Assembly (NCBI GenBank): GCA_965207735.1
Contig: OZ242296.1
Location: forward strand, 4,480,001-4,544,000
Length of the DNA stretch: 64,000 nucleotides
Direction: 5' to 3'
Source: Candidatus Versatilivorator sp.
GTDB taxonomy: Bacteria > Acidobacteriota > Terriglobia > Versatilivoradales > Versatilivoraceae
The notes under the pieces were generated by a model. It had not been told where the DNA came from and did not search any database. It saw only the letters and a list, made by a program, of their open reading frames with translations. The position numbers and the translations under genes were made by a program. This document shows, in pieces, positions 42,862-53,583 of this stretch. Numbering within the stretch: the stretch's first letter is position 1; the number at the start of each line of letters is the position of its first letter.

Positions 42862-44348
42862 GAGCCTTTTGCAAAATTCGCAGATAGCGGGAATTTTCAC
42901 GTGGGGAAAGATCAAGGAGGGCAGGTGGAAGGAGGGGCAAGACCACTGTCTGTTGTATCATGAAGGTGTCTGAACCACATGATGAACGGAGGTGGAACTT
43001 GCCCCTTAGGGAAACCCTATCACGACACTGGTTCCGGTTTCAACGAGAGCTGTTTCCCCTGCTGGAGGAAGTTTTGGGGCCTCTGGGAGAGCGTTACCAG
43101 CGGCTGGTGCAGGTATTGGAGTTGGTGCGGGTGGAGGAGTTGCTGCCTTACAGTCGGGGCTGGCGTGGCCGGCCGCTGGAGGATCGGGCAGTGCTGGCGC
43201 GAGCCTATCTGGCGAAGTCGATGCTGGAGGTGGCGACCACGCGGGGATTGGTGGAGCGGCTGAGGAGTGAGGGGAGGCTGCGGCGGCTGTGCGGCTGGGA
43301 GAGGGCGTGGGAGGTACCGAGCGAGTCGACCTTCTCGCGGGCCTTTGCGGAATTCGCTGAGAGCGACCTGCCGGGGCGTTTGCACGAGGCATTGCTGGAG
43401 GAGACGCTGAAGGGCCACTTGGCGGGGCATGTGTCGAGGGACTCGACGGCGATTGCGGGACGGGAAAAGCCAGCGGCCAAGGCTGCGCCGGAGGCCAAGC
43501 GGAAACGCCGGCGGGGCCGGCCGCCGAAGGGCGAGCGACGGCCCAAGCGGTTGAGCCGGCTGGAGCGGCAGGGGTCGATGACGCTGGAGGAAATGTTGAA
43601 GGAGTTGCCCAAGGCCTGCGACATCGGCGTCAAGCGCAACGCCAAGGGGCATCAGGAGAGCTGGACCGGCTACAAGCTACACCTCGACGCCATTGACGGC
43701 GGGATTCCGGTCAGTTGTCTGCTGACCTCGGCCTCGGTGCATGACTCTCAGGCAGCCATTCCGCTGGCGACGCTGACGGCAAGGCGGGTCGAGAGTCTCT
43801 ACGACTTGATGGACAGCGCCTACGATGCGCCGGAGATCCGGGCCTTCAGTGAGAAGCTGGGGCATGTGCCGATTATTGACGTCAACCCCCGCCGAAGAGC
43901 TACCTTGAAAGCCGAGCGGAAGCGGGAGGCACTGGCCCGGCGCTGTATCGGCCAAGTGACTCCCGAGGCGCGGCGCTACCGGGAACGCTCGACGGTGGAG
44001 CGGGTCAACGGACGGCTCAAGGAGGAGTTTGGCGGGAGGCAGGTGAGGGTTCGCGGCCCCGACAAGGTGAGGTGCCACCTGATGTTCGGCATTCTGGCCC
44101 TGACGGTGGATCAGTTGATGCGCCTGACGCTCTGAAGACCGGGTTGCCACCCCCAACCGCACAGCAGGTTCGCCCGCCTCAAGGCCGGGAGAGGGTAAGC
44201 TGTGCCTGCGTCCGGCGACCGCTGGCCATCCGGCCATCAGATTCGGGCTTTTTCCTTCAAAAGGGTCTTTGCAGCTGGGTAGTCACCGCCGGAACATCAC
44301 TGTTGCCAGCCCAATGTCATGCCCGATTCCGAATTTTGCAAAAGGCTC
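42862..44348 (+). mobile_element. Insertion sequence (IS1182/IS5-like), 1487 bp
   Basis: Perfect 19-bp IR GAGCCTTTTGCAAAATTCG / CGAATTTTGCAAAAGGCTC; 4-bp target duplication GTCT. Confidence 0.9.
42960..44135 (+). CDS. DDE transposase
   Basis: PSESTFSR, SRDSTAI, GYKLH, HDS, MDSAYD, RSTVERVNGRLK. Confidence 0.92.
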   Translation: MKVSEPHDERRWNLPLRETLSRHWFRFQRELFPLLEEVLGPLGERYQRLVQVLELVRVEELLPYSRGWRGRPLEDRAVLARAYLAKSMLEVATTRGLVERLRSEGRLRRLCGWERAWEVPSESTFSRAFAEFAESDLPGRLHEALLEETLKGHLAGHVSRDSTAIAGREKPAAKAAPEAKRKRRRGRPPKGERRPKRLSRLERQGSMTLEEMLKELPKACDIGVKRNAKGHQESWTGYKLHLDAIDGGIPVSCLLTSASVHDSQAAIPLATLTARRVESLYDLMDSAYDAPEIRAFSEKLGHVPIIDVNPRRRATLKAERKREALARRCIGQVTPEARRYRERSTVERVNGRLKEEFGGRQVRVRGPDKVRCHLMFGILALTVDQLMRLTL

Positions 44349-44621
44349 GTCTACCAAAAATGGTATTTGAATAATGATGGCGAAGCATTATCCTGGCGAA
44401 GCATTATCCTTAGGTGACCGTGGTCACCGGTAAACCAAGATCGATCGACGGAGCAAGAACGCGCGGTGAGCAGCACGAGATTCCCATCCGTCACGATCTC
44501 GACCCAGGGGTTGGGAGTTCGATAGCCGAGTTGCCAAGTATCCCCGGGAAGTCCGATGGCCTGTATGCCAATCAGTTGCAAGGGTCTGCCTGACGTTGTG
44601 ATTGCGATTGAGGATCATGCC

Positions 44622-44765
44622 ATGCAGATTCCATCTCTGGATGTCCCGTCCTGGGTGCTAGGCGTCGGCGCTTTCTTGCTTGCGCTGTGGGCTTTCTGCC
44701 GGATCGGATTGTGGCTGGTAGCAAACGTCGCGCGTGATGTCCGGGAGCAGATTGAGGGCGAATAG
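44622..44765 (+). CDS. Small single-TM protein (47 aa)
   Basis: SD GAGGA; hydrophobic VLGVGAFLLALWAF. Confidence 0.5.
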   Translation: MQIPSLDVPSWVLGVGAFLLALWAFCRIGLWLVANVARDVREQIEGE

Positions 44766-44911
44766 GCGCAATCCGGCCTGGCGCCACGCGGTGAGGCTCG
44801 AAGGCGCTGAGAGTGTTTCGATGCGCGGTTTTGAGGTATCCGGCAGGTCGGGCACCGGGAAACCCCAGCTTGGCCGGCAAGGTGCAAGTTCCGAGGAAAC
44901 CGGGAGAGGCA

Positions 44912-45322
44912 ATGCCGAGTGAACTAATCCTCCGCGTACTTGAAACCGGGCAGGAACGCCTCTTGTCGTCGGATGTGGTGTCGCAGTCATCGCTTGATTC
45001 GCTCGAACCCAGCCTGACCGAGGCCCTTGAAAACGACCTGCCGGTTTCGGTCCGAGGCAGGTTCTGGATCCGGGGCGGTTTCTGGCTTCGGGCCAAGGTC
45101 GAACAGGGCAGGATGCAGGCCCGCGTGTGGCATAGCGAGGAGGCATCCGGGATATCCCTGATAGTGATGAGCGTCAGTCGGACATGCGGTGAGGGGATGC
45201 CGCTGCTTGAGGTGAGCCTGGCAGGCATGCACACGGCTGTTGTGGCGCGCGAGGTGACCCTGGAGTTGGGAGACCTGATGTCGCAAATTGCCTGGTGCTG
45301 GCTGCTGAGGAGCGTCAGCTAA
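44912..45322 (+). CDS. Hypothetical protein, paralog of 48635..49072
   Basis: SD GGAG; shares RVLETGQERLLS, EALENDL, GGFWLRAKV, LEVSLAGMHT and AWCWLLR with the paralog. Confidence 0.75.
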   Translation: MPSELILRVLETGQERLLSSDVVSQSSLDSLEPSLTEALENDLPVSVRGRFWIRGGFWLRAKVEQGRMQARVWHSEEASGISLIVMSVSRTCGEGMPLLEVSLAGMHTAVVAREVTLELGDLMSQIAWCWLLRSVS

Positions 45323-45917
45323 GGGAGGGACAGGGAGCAACCCCTCCCGGGAATGCGCCGGTTTGCTTTTGCTGTTGTGCGTCGCTATGGCCCGAATTGT
45401 AGGTGGGATTTTGAACTTAAGAGCACATCGAAGGAGAAGATAGAGAAAATAGATTTTTGTAATGCCCCAATTATATCAAGTCCATGCCATTGCAGTATTT
45501 GCAGTATTGGAATGAATTACGCCTTCCTTCCTGGCCAAAGCGAATCACCCATTTACCGAAACTGCTCATTGGCCTCATCGCCCCGACAGCCAAACTCCCA
45601 CTCGGTGTTTATACCGTGCAAGTCGTGTGTACGGTCAATATCCCCCGCCTTGCCATTTCTTGGGACAGTGATGTGAGAGACGGTATGCGAAGCTGCAGGA
45701 GAGGTCGATCCCTCTTTGTCCGGAGGAAGGAATGGAGCATCCGGGGACACGAATTGAGCCTGTGGTATAAACTGTAGGCAGAGACTGAGTGTGAAAATGA
45801 CGCAACATCCAGGGGGCGCGGGTCTGTCCTGCTCCCAAGAGGTTTCCGACAACCAGGCCGCGCTTCTCGAGCGCATGCACCGCTTCGATGTATTCCGAAT
45901 CCAAAGGAGCAACTCAG

Positions 45918-48137
45918 ATGCTTAGACGAACGATATCCATAATCACCCTGCTGGCGATCGGGATCTCTCCGGTCGCGCCGATCAGCTTGGCAGGCGCCAA
46001 GGACAAGGCGCCCGACAATGACTACTGGTGGCCTAACCGGCTGAGCCTCGAACCGCTGCGCCAGGCGTCTCGGGAATCCGGACCGGTCGGCAACGGCTTC
46101 GACTATGCCAAGGCGTTCAAGAGTCTCGACCTGCATGCGTTGAAGGCGGATCTCACCAAGCTGATGACGACTTCCCAGGACTGGTGGCCGGCGGACTATG
46201 GCCACTACGGACCCTTTTTCATTCGCATGGCCTGGCACAGTGCCGGCACCTATCGAACCATCGACGGACGGGGTGGCGGTGACGGTGGACTGCAGCGCCT
46301 GGCTCCGCTGAACAGCTGGCCCGATAACGCCAACCTGGACAAGGCGACGCGATTGCTCTGGCCGATCAAGGAGAAGTACGGCCGCAAGATCTCCTGGGCC
46401 GACCTGCTGATCCTGGCGGGTGACGTGGCCATGGAATCCATGGGCTTCAAGACCCTGGGTTTCGCTGGCGGTCGTGTCGATGCCTGGCATCCCGAGGACG
46501 TGAACTGGGGACCTGAGGGCGAGTGGCTCGCCTTCGATCGACGCGACAAGGACGGCAAGCTGCGTCCTCCTCTTGGAGCCTCCCAGATGGGCCTGATTTA
46601 CGTGAATCCTCAGGGTCCGGGCGGCAAACCCAATCCTCAGGCGTCCGCTCAGGCCATTCGAGAGGCTTTCGGTCGCATGGGGATGAATGATGAAGAGACG
46701 GCTGCGCTGATTGCCGGGGGCCATACCTTTGGCAAGGCCCATGGCGCCGCCGATCCGTCCAAGTACGTCGGTGTGGAGCCGGAGGCCGGCGATATCGAAG
46801 CCCAGGGGTTCGGTTGGAAAAACAAGTACGGCAAAGGCAATCGCGGCGACACCATCACCAGTGGTCTGGAAGGTGCGTGGACGCGGAACCCGGCGGCCTG
46901 GACCCACAACTTCCTGGAAAACTTGTACGGCTATGAGTGGGAGCAGACCCGGAGCCCCGGCGGGGCAATCCAGTGGAAGCCGGCCGGCGGCGCCGCGGCC
47001 GACCTGGTTCCGGATGCCCACGATCCGTCCAAGCGGCATGCACCCATGATGCTCACCACCGACATCGCCCTGAGGGCCGACCCGGCCTATCGCGAGATCA
47101 CCTCACGCTGGCTCAAGAACCCCAAAGAGTTCGAGGACGCTTTCGCCCGGGCCTGGTTCAAGCTGATTCACCGCGACCTGGGTCCGAGGTCGCGTTACCT
47201 CGGCGATTTGGCGCCTGACCGGGAATTCGTATGGCAAGACCCGATTCCTGCAGTCGATCACGCCTTGATCGATGCCAAGGACGCGGCCGCGCTGAAGGCC
47301 GAGATTGTGGGCTCCGGGCTGTCTACCGCTGAATTGGTCAGGGCCGCCTGGGCCTCGGCGTCCACTTTCCGCGGCACCGACATGCGCGGCGGCGCCAACG
47401 GGGGACGTATCCGCCTGGCGCCCCAGAAGGGTTGGGCTGCAAACGATCCGGCCGAGCTGGGCCGCGTGTTGAAGACCCTGGAGGGAATCCGGAGCGGTTT
47501 CAACGGCGCCCAGTCCGGCGGCAAGCGGGTCTCTCTGGCCGACCTGGTCGTCCTCGGCGGCGCCGCTGCCATCGAGAAGGCGGCAAAGAAGGCCGGGATG
47601 GATGTGGATGTGCCCTTTGCACCCGGCCGTACCGACGCCTCGGCGGAGCAGACCGACGCGAGCTCCTTTGCCCTGCTCGAACCCACCGCGGACGGGTTCC
47701 GCAATTACTTCGCCGGCCGCAACTCCCGATCTCCGGTGGAGAGGCTGGTGGAGAAGGCGGCTATGCTGAAGCTGACGGTCTCTGAAATGGCAGTGCTTGT
47801 CGGTGGCATGCGAGCGTTGAATGCCAATTCGGGAGGCTCTGGTCACGGAGTGTTCACCGACCGTCCCGGCACTCTGAGCAACGACTTCTTCGTCAACCTG
47901 GTCGACATGTCAACCCAGTGGACCAAGTCCTCCACCGCGGGCATCTACGAAGGTCGTGACCGCGCCACGGGTGAGGTCAAGTGGACGGCTACCCCGGTTG
48001 ACCTGATCTTTGGTTCCAACTCCGAGCTGCGCTCAGTGACCGAGTTCTACGCGGCCGGGGACGCCAAGGAAGACTTCGTGCAGGACTTCATTGCAGCCTG
48101 GACCAAGGTGATGACCCTGGACCGCTTCGACCTGTAG
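45918..48137 (+). CDS. katG: Catalase-peroxidase with N-terminal signal peptide
   Basis: [58 protein letters not shown]; SD AAGGAG. Confidence 0.97.
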   Translation: MLRRTISIITLLAIGISPVAPISLAGAKDKAPDNDYWWPNRLSLEPLRQASRESGPVGNGFDYAKAFKSLDLHALKADLTKLMTTSQDWWPADYGHYGPFFIRMAWHSAGTYRTIDGRGGGDGGLQRLAPLNSWPDNANLDKATRLLWPIKEKYGRKISWADLLILAGDVAMESMGFKTLGFAGGRVDAWHPEDVNWGPEGEWLAFDRRDKDGKLRPPLGASQMGLIYVNPQGPGGKPNPQASAQAIREAFGRMGMNDEETAALIAGGHTFGKAHGAADPSKYVGVEPEAGDIEAQGFGWKNKYGKGNRGDTITSGLEGAWTRNPAAWTHNFLENLYGYEWEQTRSPGGAIQWKPAGGAAADLVPDAHDPSKRHAPMMLTTDIALRADPAYREITSRWLKNPKEFEDAFARAWFKLIHRDLGPRSRYLGDLAPDREFVWQDPIPAVDHALIDAKDAAALKAEIVGSGLSTAELVRAAWASASTFRGTDMRGGANGGRIRLAPQKGWAANDPAELGRVLKTLEGIRSGFNGAQSGGKRVSLADLVVLGGAAAIEKAAKKAGMDVDVPFAPGRTDASAEQTDASSFALLEPTADGFRNYFAGRNSRSPVERLVEKAAMLKLTVSEMAVLVGGMRALNANSGGSGHGVFTDRPGTLSNDFFVNLVDMSTQWTKSSTAGIYEGRDRATGEVKWTATPVDLIFGSNSELRSVTEFYAAGDAKEDFVQDFIAAWTKVMTLDRFDL

Positions 48138-48244
48138 CGGTAAGGTCGTAGCCAAATCAACGGCTCCGGAGCCGCTGAAAGGCGGCTCCCACCGAGCGCC
48201 CGGTCGGGGAGTCCACACGAACTGTCCCTGATCCGGAAAAACGC

Positions 48245-48279
48245 AAAACGGCGGCATTCCCCATGCCGCCGTTTTTTTT
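48245..48279 (+). terminator. Rho-independent terminator after katG
   Basis: AAAACGGCGGCAT-tcccc-ATGCCGCCG followed by T8. Confidence 0.8.
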
Positions 48280-48349
48280 GCCCGCTGGCGCGCACATGCC
48301 AATCACTCCACCGTGTAGCGGAAAAGCAATGCCGTAGGTTGACGGCCCC

Positions 48350-48425
48350 CCCCGGGAGCGCGGGCGTCCCGCCCGCATCCTTATTCCTGCAATCATCCCG
48401 CGGTCCACGCCACTCCCTTACAATG
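48350..48425. repeat. Module C plus the start of the 350-bp unit
   Basis: CCCGGGAGCGCGGGCGTCCCGCCCGCATCCTTATTCCTGCAA, as at 24303. Confidence 0.8.
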
Positions 48426-48634
48426 CCTCGGCCTATCACTCCGGCTCCAACCAATCGAGAACGCCACCCTCCCCGGCTGCTTTTGTAAACGATGTATGCG
48501 GTTTGTATCGTTACCCGTCCCTCTCCCCCGTGCCTATCGAGCGTCATTTAAGGAGCGCTTCCGTCACTGGCTCCAATCCTTGCATTGACACGCTGAATCA
48601 GGTTACGCGGAATATTTTCCAGAGGTAGCTCCGT

Positions 48635-49072
48635 GTGAGTTTTCTCTGCGCAGTCCCGGCAAGTGCCAACCGGAAGCCGGAAAAACTTTTTTTCGTCCGC
48701 CGCGTCCTTGAGACGGGACAGGAGCGTCTCTTATCGGCTGATGACGTGTCGCGGGTAACGCTCGACGAACTGCAGCCGAGACTTGCCGAAGCCCTTGAGA
48801 ACGATCTGGTGGTAACGATCAAAGGTGGGTTTTGGCTCCGGGCCAAGGTTAACCATGGCAGGCTGCACGCACGCGTGTGGCATGGCAACGGGCCTCAGAG
48901 GACAACCCAGATAGCGATGGCCGTGAGTCGGACAAGCTATGAGGGGGTGCCGGTGCTTGAGGTGAGCCTTGCTGGAATGCACACCACCATTGGCGAGCCT
49001 GATATGATCCTGGAGATGAGTGACCTGGTCGAACGCCTTGCTTGGTGTTGGCTGCTGAGATTCGCCGGCTGA
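48635..49072 (+). CDS. Hypothetical protein, paralog of 44912..45322 (start uncertain, possibly a pseudogene)
   Basis: Clear homology; no ATG/SD at the position equivalent to the paralog's start. Confidence 0.6.
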   Translation: MSFLCAVPASANRKPEKLFFVRRVLETGQERLLSADDVSRVTLDELQPRLAEALENDLVVTIKGGFWLRAKVNHGRLHARVWHGNGPQRTTQIAMAVSRTSYEGVPVLEVSLAGMHTTIGEPDMILEMSDLVERLAWCWLLRFAG

Positions 49073-49176
49073 TCCGTTGCTGTTGTTTCAACAGCAGTCA
49101 TCCCGCGAGTTCGATCTCAAGCAGGCCCCGGCACGCCCGGCGCAGAACGCCCAGCAAGCCGCCGAGAATCCCCCCC

Positions 49177-50022
49177 TCAATCCATCCCCAGCACCTTCAA
49201 AGAATCCCGATCCAGCAACTCCTCGATAAAAGCCTTCGGGACCGGCGGCAGACCGGCCCGCTCAGCCATGCTGGACGCGTGATAAAGAGCGCGGACGCTG
49301 TCGTCCACTCCGACATAAGGGTAATCCGAGCCGAAGAGAATCTTGTGGGCCACGTCGTATTCGATGGCCGTGACCAGCGCCTCGTAGAAACGCAGAGGCC
49401 GGATGCAGAACCCCGACATGTCGGCATACACGTTCTTGTGCTTGCGAACGATCATCACGGCATCGGTGTGCCAGGGGTGCCCGATGTGGCAGATCATCTG
49501 CCGCAGCTTGGGGAACCGTTGGGCGACCTCATCCAGCAGAATGGGTTTCGACCAACGCAAGGGGGTAATGGCAAAGGGAGTCGTGCTCTGATGCCAGAAG
49601 ACGGGAATGTCGAGCTCCTGGGCCTTGCGGTAAAGCGGGTCGTGGCAGGGGTCAGCCGGGTTGAAATCCTGGTAGGCGCCGCTCAACTTGACCGCTCGAA
49701 AGCCGAAAACCCTGACCGCATGCTCCAACTGCTCGATACAGCCGGGATCGTTGGGGTCCACGCTGGCCACGCCCACCAGCTTGTCCGGGTGCTGCCGGAC
49801 ATACTCATGGACATAATCGTTGGGAACCACCAGGCCGGCGGCATTCATCATCATGGCGAAAACGGCCGCCCGCTCCACTTTCTGCGCCACCTGTTCCCAG
49901 TGCTCCTCGGGCGGACAGTGGCACTTGTTGGTCTTGCCGTAGCTGGCCTCGACCTCCGCGATGGTCCTGTCGGCCCAGTGACGCCGTTCGTAGATATGGC
50001 TGTGGATATCGACTTTGATCAT
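49177..50022 (-). CDS. Amidohydrolase_2 family protein
   Basis: VDIHSH, PVFWH, CHIGHPW, NVYADMS, ILFGSDYP; SD GGAGGAGG. Confidence 0.9.
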   Translation of the reverse strand: MIKVDIHSHIYERRHWADRTIAEVEASYGKTNKCHCPPEEHWEQVAQKVERAAVFAMMMNAAGLVVPNDYVHEYVRQHPDKLVGVASVDPNDPGCIEQLEHAVRVFGFRAVKLSGAYQDFNPADPCHDPLYRKAQELDIPVFWHQSTTPFAITPLRWSKPILLDEVAQRFPKLRQMICHIGHPWHTDAVMIVRKHKNVYADMSGFCIRPLRFYEALVTAIEYDVAHKILFGSDYPYVGVDDSVRALYHASSMAERAGLPPVPKAFIEELLDRDSLKVLGMD

Positions 50023-50494
50023 CCCGCCTCCTCCTTTCCGGTTGTAAAAAAGGCCTATCCTATGCCGCTTGTCCCGAAGCGGACACTTCACTTGCTACTT
50101 ACACCGGACACTTCACTTGCTACCGACCCGTTCCCAACCACCCCTTGAGCTACCGGACGGAATCCACTAGGCTTGACAGCATCGTCCCCGAAAAGCAGTC
50201 GTCGAAAGCCCTGCTTGCGGCTTGCCGGTAATGCGACCGGCTCGACTGTCCTCCCGGGGGCTGCAACTGAGCTGTCAAGGCAGGGAAACTTGCACACAAG
50301 CCCGCGAATACAGAATCTCCCGACCTGGATACAACGCCGGGCAGTGCCCATAAACCGGTAGGATTCAGCCACCCGGCCATGACGTTAATCCCTTTCCCGG
50401 GGATTGTACAGGGGCGGGCCGCCCGCCGCCCAGGAACCTTCCGGGCAGGCGCGGACCCGGCCAACCGAAAAAGGAACCAGACCAAGGAGGCATC

Positions 50495-51667
50495 GTGATT
50501 CGAAGCAAACCCGTCAACCGCCTGCTCAAGGCTTCCATGGCGATCATGATTCTCGGCATCGGGTGCGGACCGTCGCCCGAAATACAGGTGTCTCCCCCCG
50601 GCCCCAGCCAGGCTGACCTGTTTGTGAGCGGGGAAGGCGGCTACCACACCTACCGGATTCCGGCCCTGATCGTCACCCGGCAGGGCAGTCTGCTGGCCTT
50701 TTGCGAAGGTCGAAAGAACAATCGCCGCGATCACGGCGACATCGACCTGCTGCTCAAGAGGAGCACCGACGGCGGTCAGACCTGGTCGGATCAGCAGATT
50801 GTGTACGAGGAGGGAGGATCGGAAGAAATCACCATCGGGAATCCCTGTCCCGTGGTGGACCGGGAAACCGGCACCATCTGGCTCCCCTTCTGCCGAGACA
50901 ACAAAGACGTTCTGATGACCAAGAGCATCGATGACGGTGTCAGTTGGTCAGACCCTGTCGATATCACCGCTAGCGTCAAGAAACCCGAGTGGACCTGGGT
51001 GGCAACCGGTCCCGGGATTGGAATTCAGCTTCACCAGGGACCCTACAAGGGCCGCCTGCTTATCCCCAGCGATCATGGAGTAGGCAGCGGCGAGGAGGGC
51101 GATGAAAGAGTTCAGTACTCTTACGTCTTCTACAGCGACGATCACGGCGAAACCTGGCAGCGTGGCGGCAGCGTCGCTCCCCACACGGACGAGTGCCAAC
51201 TGGTCCAGACAGACGACGGAAACCTCCTGATCAACATGCGCAACTACTGGGGGCGGCAAGGCGGCCGGCCCGACCGCGGAGGCATGCGGGCCCTGGCAAC
51301 AAGCCAGGACGGCGGTGCAACCTGGTCCGAACTCGCCTTCGACCCAACCCTCATCGAGCCCATCTGCCAAGCCAGCCTGATACGCCACTTGGGACACGGC
51401 GCTACCGACGAGTCACCCTCCCGGGTACTCTTTTCCAATCCGGCCAGTCCAACAGACCGGATCGACCTGACGGTGCGGCTCAGCTACGATTCGGGAAAGA
51501 CCTGGCCTGTCTCAAGACTGCTAAACGCCGGCCGCTCAGCCTATTCCAACCTGGCCATCCTCCCTGACGGGTCCATCGGCTGCCTCTACGAGCGCGGAAA
51601 GTCGATCCCTTACGAGACGATTACGTTCGCGCGGTTTACCATGGATTGGCTGGTGGGGGGAGGGTGA
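50495..51667 (+). CDS. Exo-alpha-sialidase (GH33), lipoprotein-like
   Basis: YRIP motif, Asp boxes (STDGGQTWS, SDDHGETW, SYDSGKTW), AYS, LYE. Confidence 0.9.
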   Translation: MIRSKPVNRLLKASMAIMILGIGCGPSPEIQVSPPGPSQADLFVSGEGGYHTYRIPALIVTRQGSLLAFCEGRKNNRRDHGDIDLLLKRSTDGGQTWSDQQIVYEEGGSEEITIGNPCPVVDRETGTIWLPFCRDNKDVLMTKSIDDGVSWSDPVDITASVKKPEWTWVATGPGIGIQLHQGPYKGRLLIPSDHGVGSGEEGDERVQYSYVFYSDDHGETWQRGGSVAPHTDECQLVQTDDGNLLINMRNYWGRQGGRPDRGGMRALATSQDGGATWSELAFDPTLIEPICQASLIRHLGHGATDESPSRVLFSNPASPTDRIDLTVRLSYDSGKTWPVSRLLNAGRSAYSNLAILPDGSIGCLYERGKSIPYETITFARFTMDWLVGGG

Positions 51668-51894
51668 AGTGCTCGGCCCTGATTGAGGTTAGAGAACAAG
51701 TTAGGGTCGGTTGAACGAAAGGCGGGAAGTCACTGGCTGAGTGAGCTAAAGACTGGGGAGGGCAGGTCCCAAGCCGAGTTTTTCACTGAACGCACTCCCA
51801 GGCAGACATCGCAGTGGCCTGCCGCCTGGTGGCCGAGACGAAGGACAGCTCCCTGAACCCGAAGACCGGGGGGAAAAAAGGGGACGTTGTTGAA

Positions 51895-52266
51895 TTACTG
51901 GAATAACTCTCCCAGTTTCTTATTCCTGACTGACCAAAACGGCGAAGCATATGCCTTCCCGAGCGCTTCGGCACGCTCGCAGGCACAGACACGGCGATTC
52001 GTCCTCAAAATGCGACCGAGTGGTCGCACCAAGCAGTTCCTCCAACGGTATCCTGGACTTTTCCTCCCTCTTGTCCTCTCTCTAGGCGTCGACAGAAACG
52101 CCAGATAAGCGTTTTGGAGAAAAAGCATTCCGTCGAAGATACTGCTCTTGCCACAGCCGTTCGGGCCAACCAAAGCGACAATGCGGGAGGGGTTGTCGCC
52201 GAGATCAATTGTAAGGTCCTTGAAGCGCTTGTATCCGTTCTTCAATCTGATGGATCTGATTAACAT
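51895..52266 (-). pseudogene. Truncated ABC/AAA ATPase (only the N-terminus with Walker A remains)
   Basis: MLIRSIRLKNGYKRFKDLTIDL..VGPNGCGKSSIFD, then homology is lost near 52110. Confidence 0.75.
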
Positions 52267-52328
52267 GGCTCCTATAGGCGATTTTGCGAAGAATTAAGCT
52301 GCATTTACCGTACACTTTGAGCCGCGCC

Positions 52329-53207
52329 CTAAACACTGGCTCGCCGATCATAAGCTAGCCTTGACAACTCCTGCAGAACCTCTGGCTTCGTCTTAATGTC
52401 TTTGGTGGTCAGACGAAGGCGGTAGAGCCCCCATTTCTTGTTGTACTCAAACGTGTCGAGGCCTGCTTCGTCGATCTTGGCGTCAAGATTATTGGTCTGG
52501 GAAAGCTTTAACTCGAAATTGAGCGTGTTCTTCTTTGGCCTGAACGTCACAAAATTGTAGGGTTGCCCATCCTTCTCGACGCCGATATAGAACTTGTTGT
52601 ACTTCAGATTCAGAGTCGGATCGAAGCTGCGAAGAATCTCGAGCATCTGATCGGTCAGACCGACCGTTGCTTTGGTGGCACGTTTCTCCCAGTATGCACG
52701 ATCTGTAGGTGCCGCCTTGGCGTCCTCATCTTCGTCAATAAGTCCCCGCGAAAGTTCGTCCATGACCTTTGTAAAGACAATCGTAAGGTGGTCGCCTACC
52801 TTGAGAGCCTGCATCTGAATGGCGATCAGTGGAAGTGTTCCGTTGAAAAGCGAGACGACATTTAAAAAACGGCTTGTGATGTCCTCTGCGATGAGGACGG
52901 CGCAGTGCTCATATTGTGGGTAGCGCTTTTTCTCAATATCCCAATACTCGATCGTGCGGATGATATGGGCTTCATCCGTTGCCCCGAGTTGCAGTTCCAC
53001 TTCGTATCTTCGGTTTGTGTCAGTGTCTTGAAGCAGAAGATCGAGACGGCCTGCGCGCGGCTGTATTCGCTCCACGTCCCTAAGTACTAGGTCTCCAAGC
53101 CCGAGGATCGAAGGATCGTTTGCAATGAGGTCTTGCACCCATTTTTCGTTAAACTCAGGATGCCCTTTTAGCGGTATGGGTTCGGACTTCACGTACTTGT
53201 TACTCAT
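52329..53207 (-). CDS. NucS-like PD-(D/E)XK domain protein with DUF5655-like C-terminus
   Basis: EKWVQDLIANDPSILGLG..GRLDLLL..YEVELQ..HIIRTIEYWD; LKYNKFYIG; low GC. Confidence 0.7.
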   Translation of the reverse strand: MSNKYVKSEPIPLKGHPEFNEKWVQDLIANDPSILGLGDLVLRDVERIQPRAGRLDLLLQDTDTNRRYEVELQLGATDEAHIIRTIEYWDIEKKRYPQYEHCAVLIAEDITSRFLNVVSLFNGTLPLIAIQMQALKVGDHLTIVFTKVMDELSRGLIDEDEDAKAAPTDRAYWEKRATKATVGLTDQMLEILRSFDPTLNLKYNKFYIGVEKDGQPYNFVTFRPKKNTLNFELKLSQTNNLDAKIDEAGLDTFEYNKKWGLYRLRLTTKDIKTKPEVLQELSRLAYDRRASV

Positions 53208-53583
53208 ATTCACCTTTCACAATTGGTAAGCATTTCCAGTTGATGAAAATAGAACACATCCGTCGGTGGCGTGTTGTCCGACGCCTCATGGTGCCAGCGG
53301 TGTTGTAGTTTACACGAAAGGGACAATCTTCCATTGCGGGTCTCACGGACGGCAATAGTGTTGTAGCTGGACCACAGTTTTTGGATCAGCACCGTAAATT
53401 CATCCAGTAGCCGGCATTGGCAGTAGTCGGCACCATTGCTGCCTGCTGAGCGTTCTACTCTCACACCAGTCCAAACACCATCCGGACCGCAGGTTCCCGC
53501 GCTTCAGCGGAATATGGAATCGGTCTTCCCAGGAGGACCACAACCCTCTCAACGAACAGGATCCCTGCAAAACCCCGTGCGGT

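Noticed and set aside
51790-51880. Possible integrase C-terminal scrap (THSQADIAVACRLVAE)
   Set aside because: Too short to support without a search.
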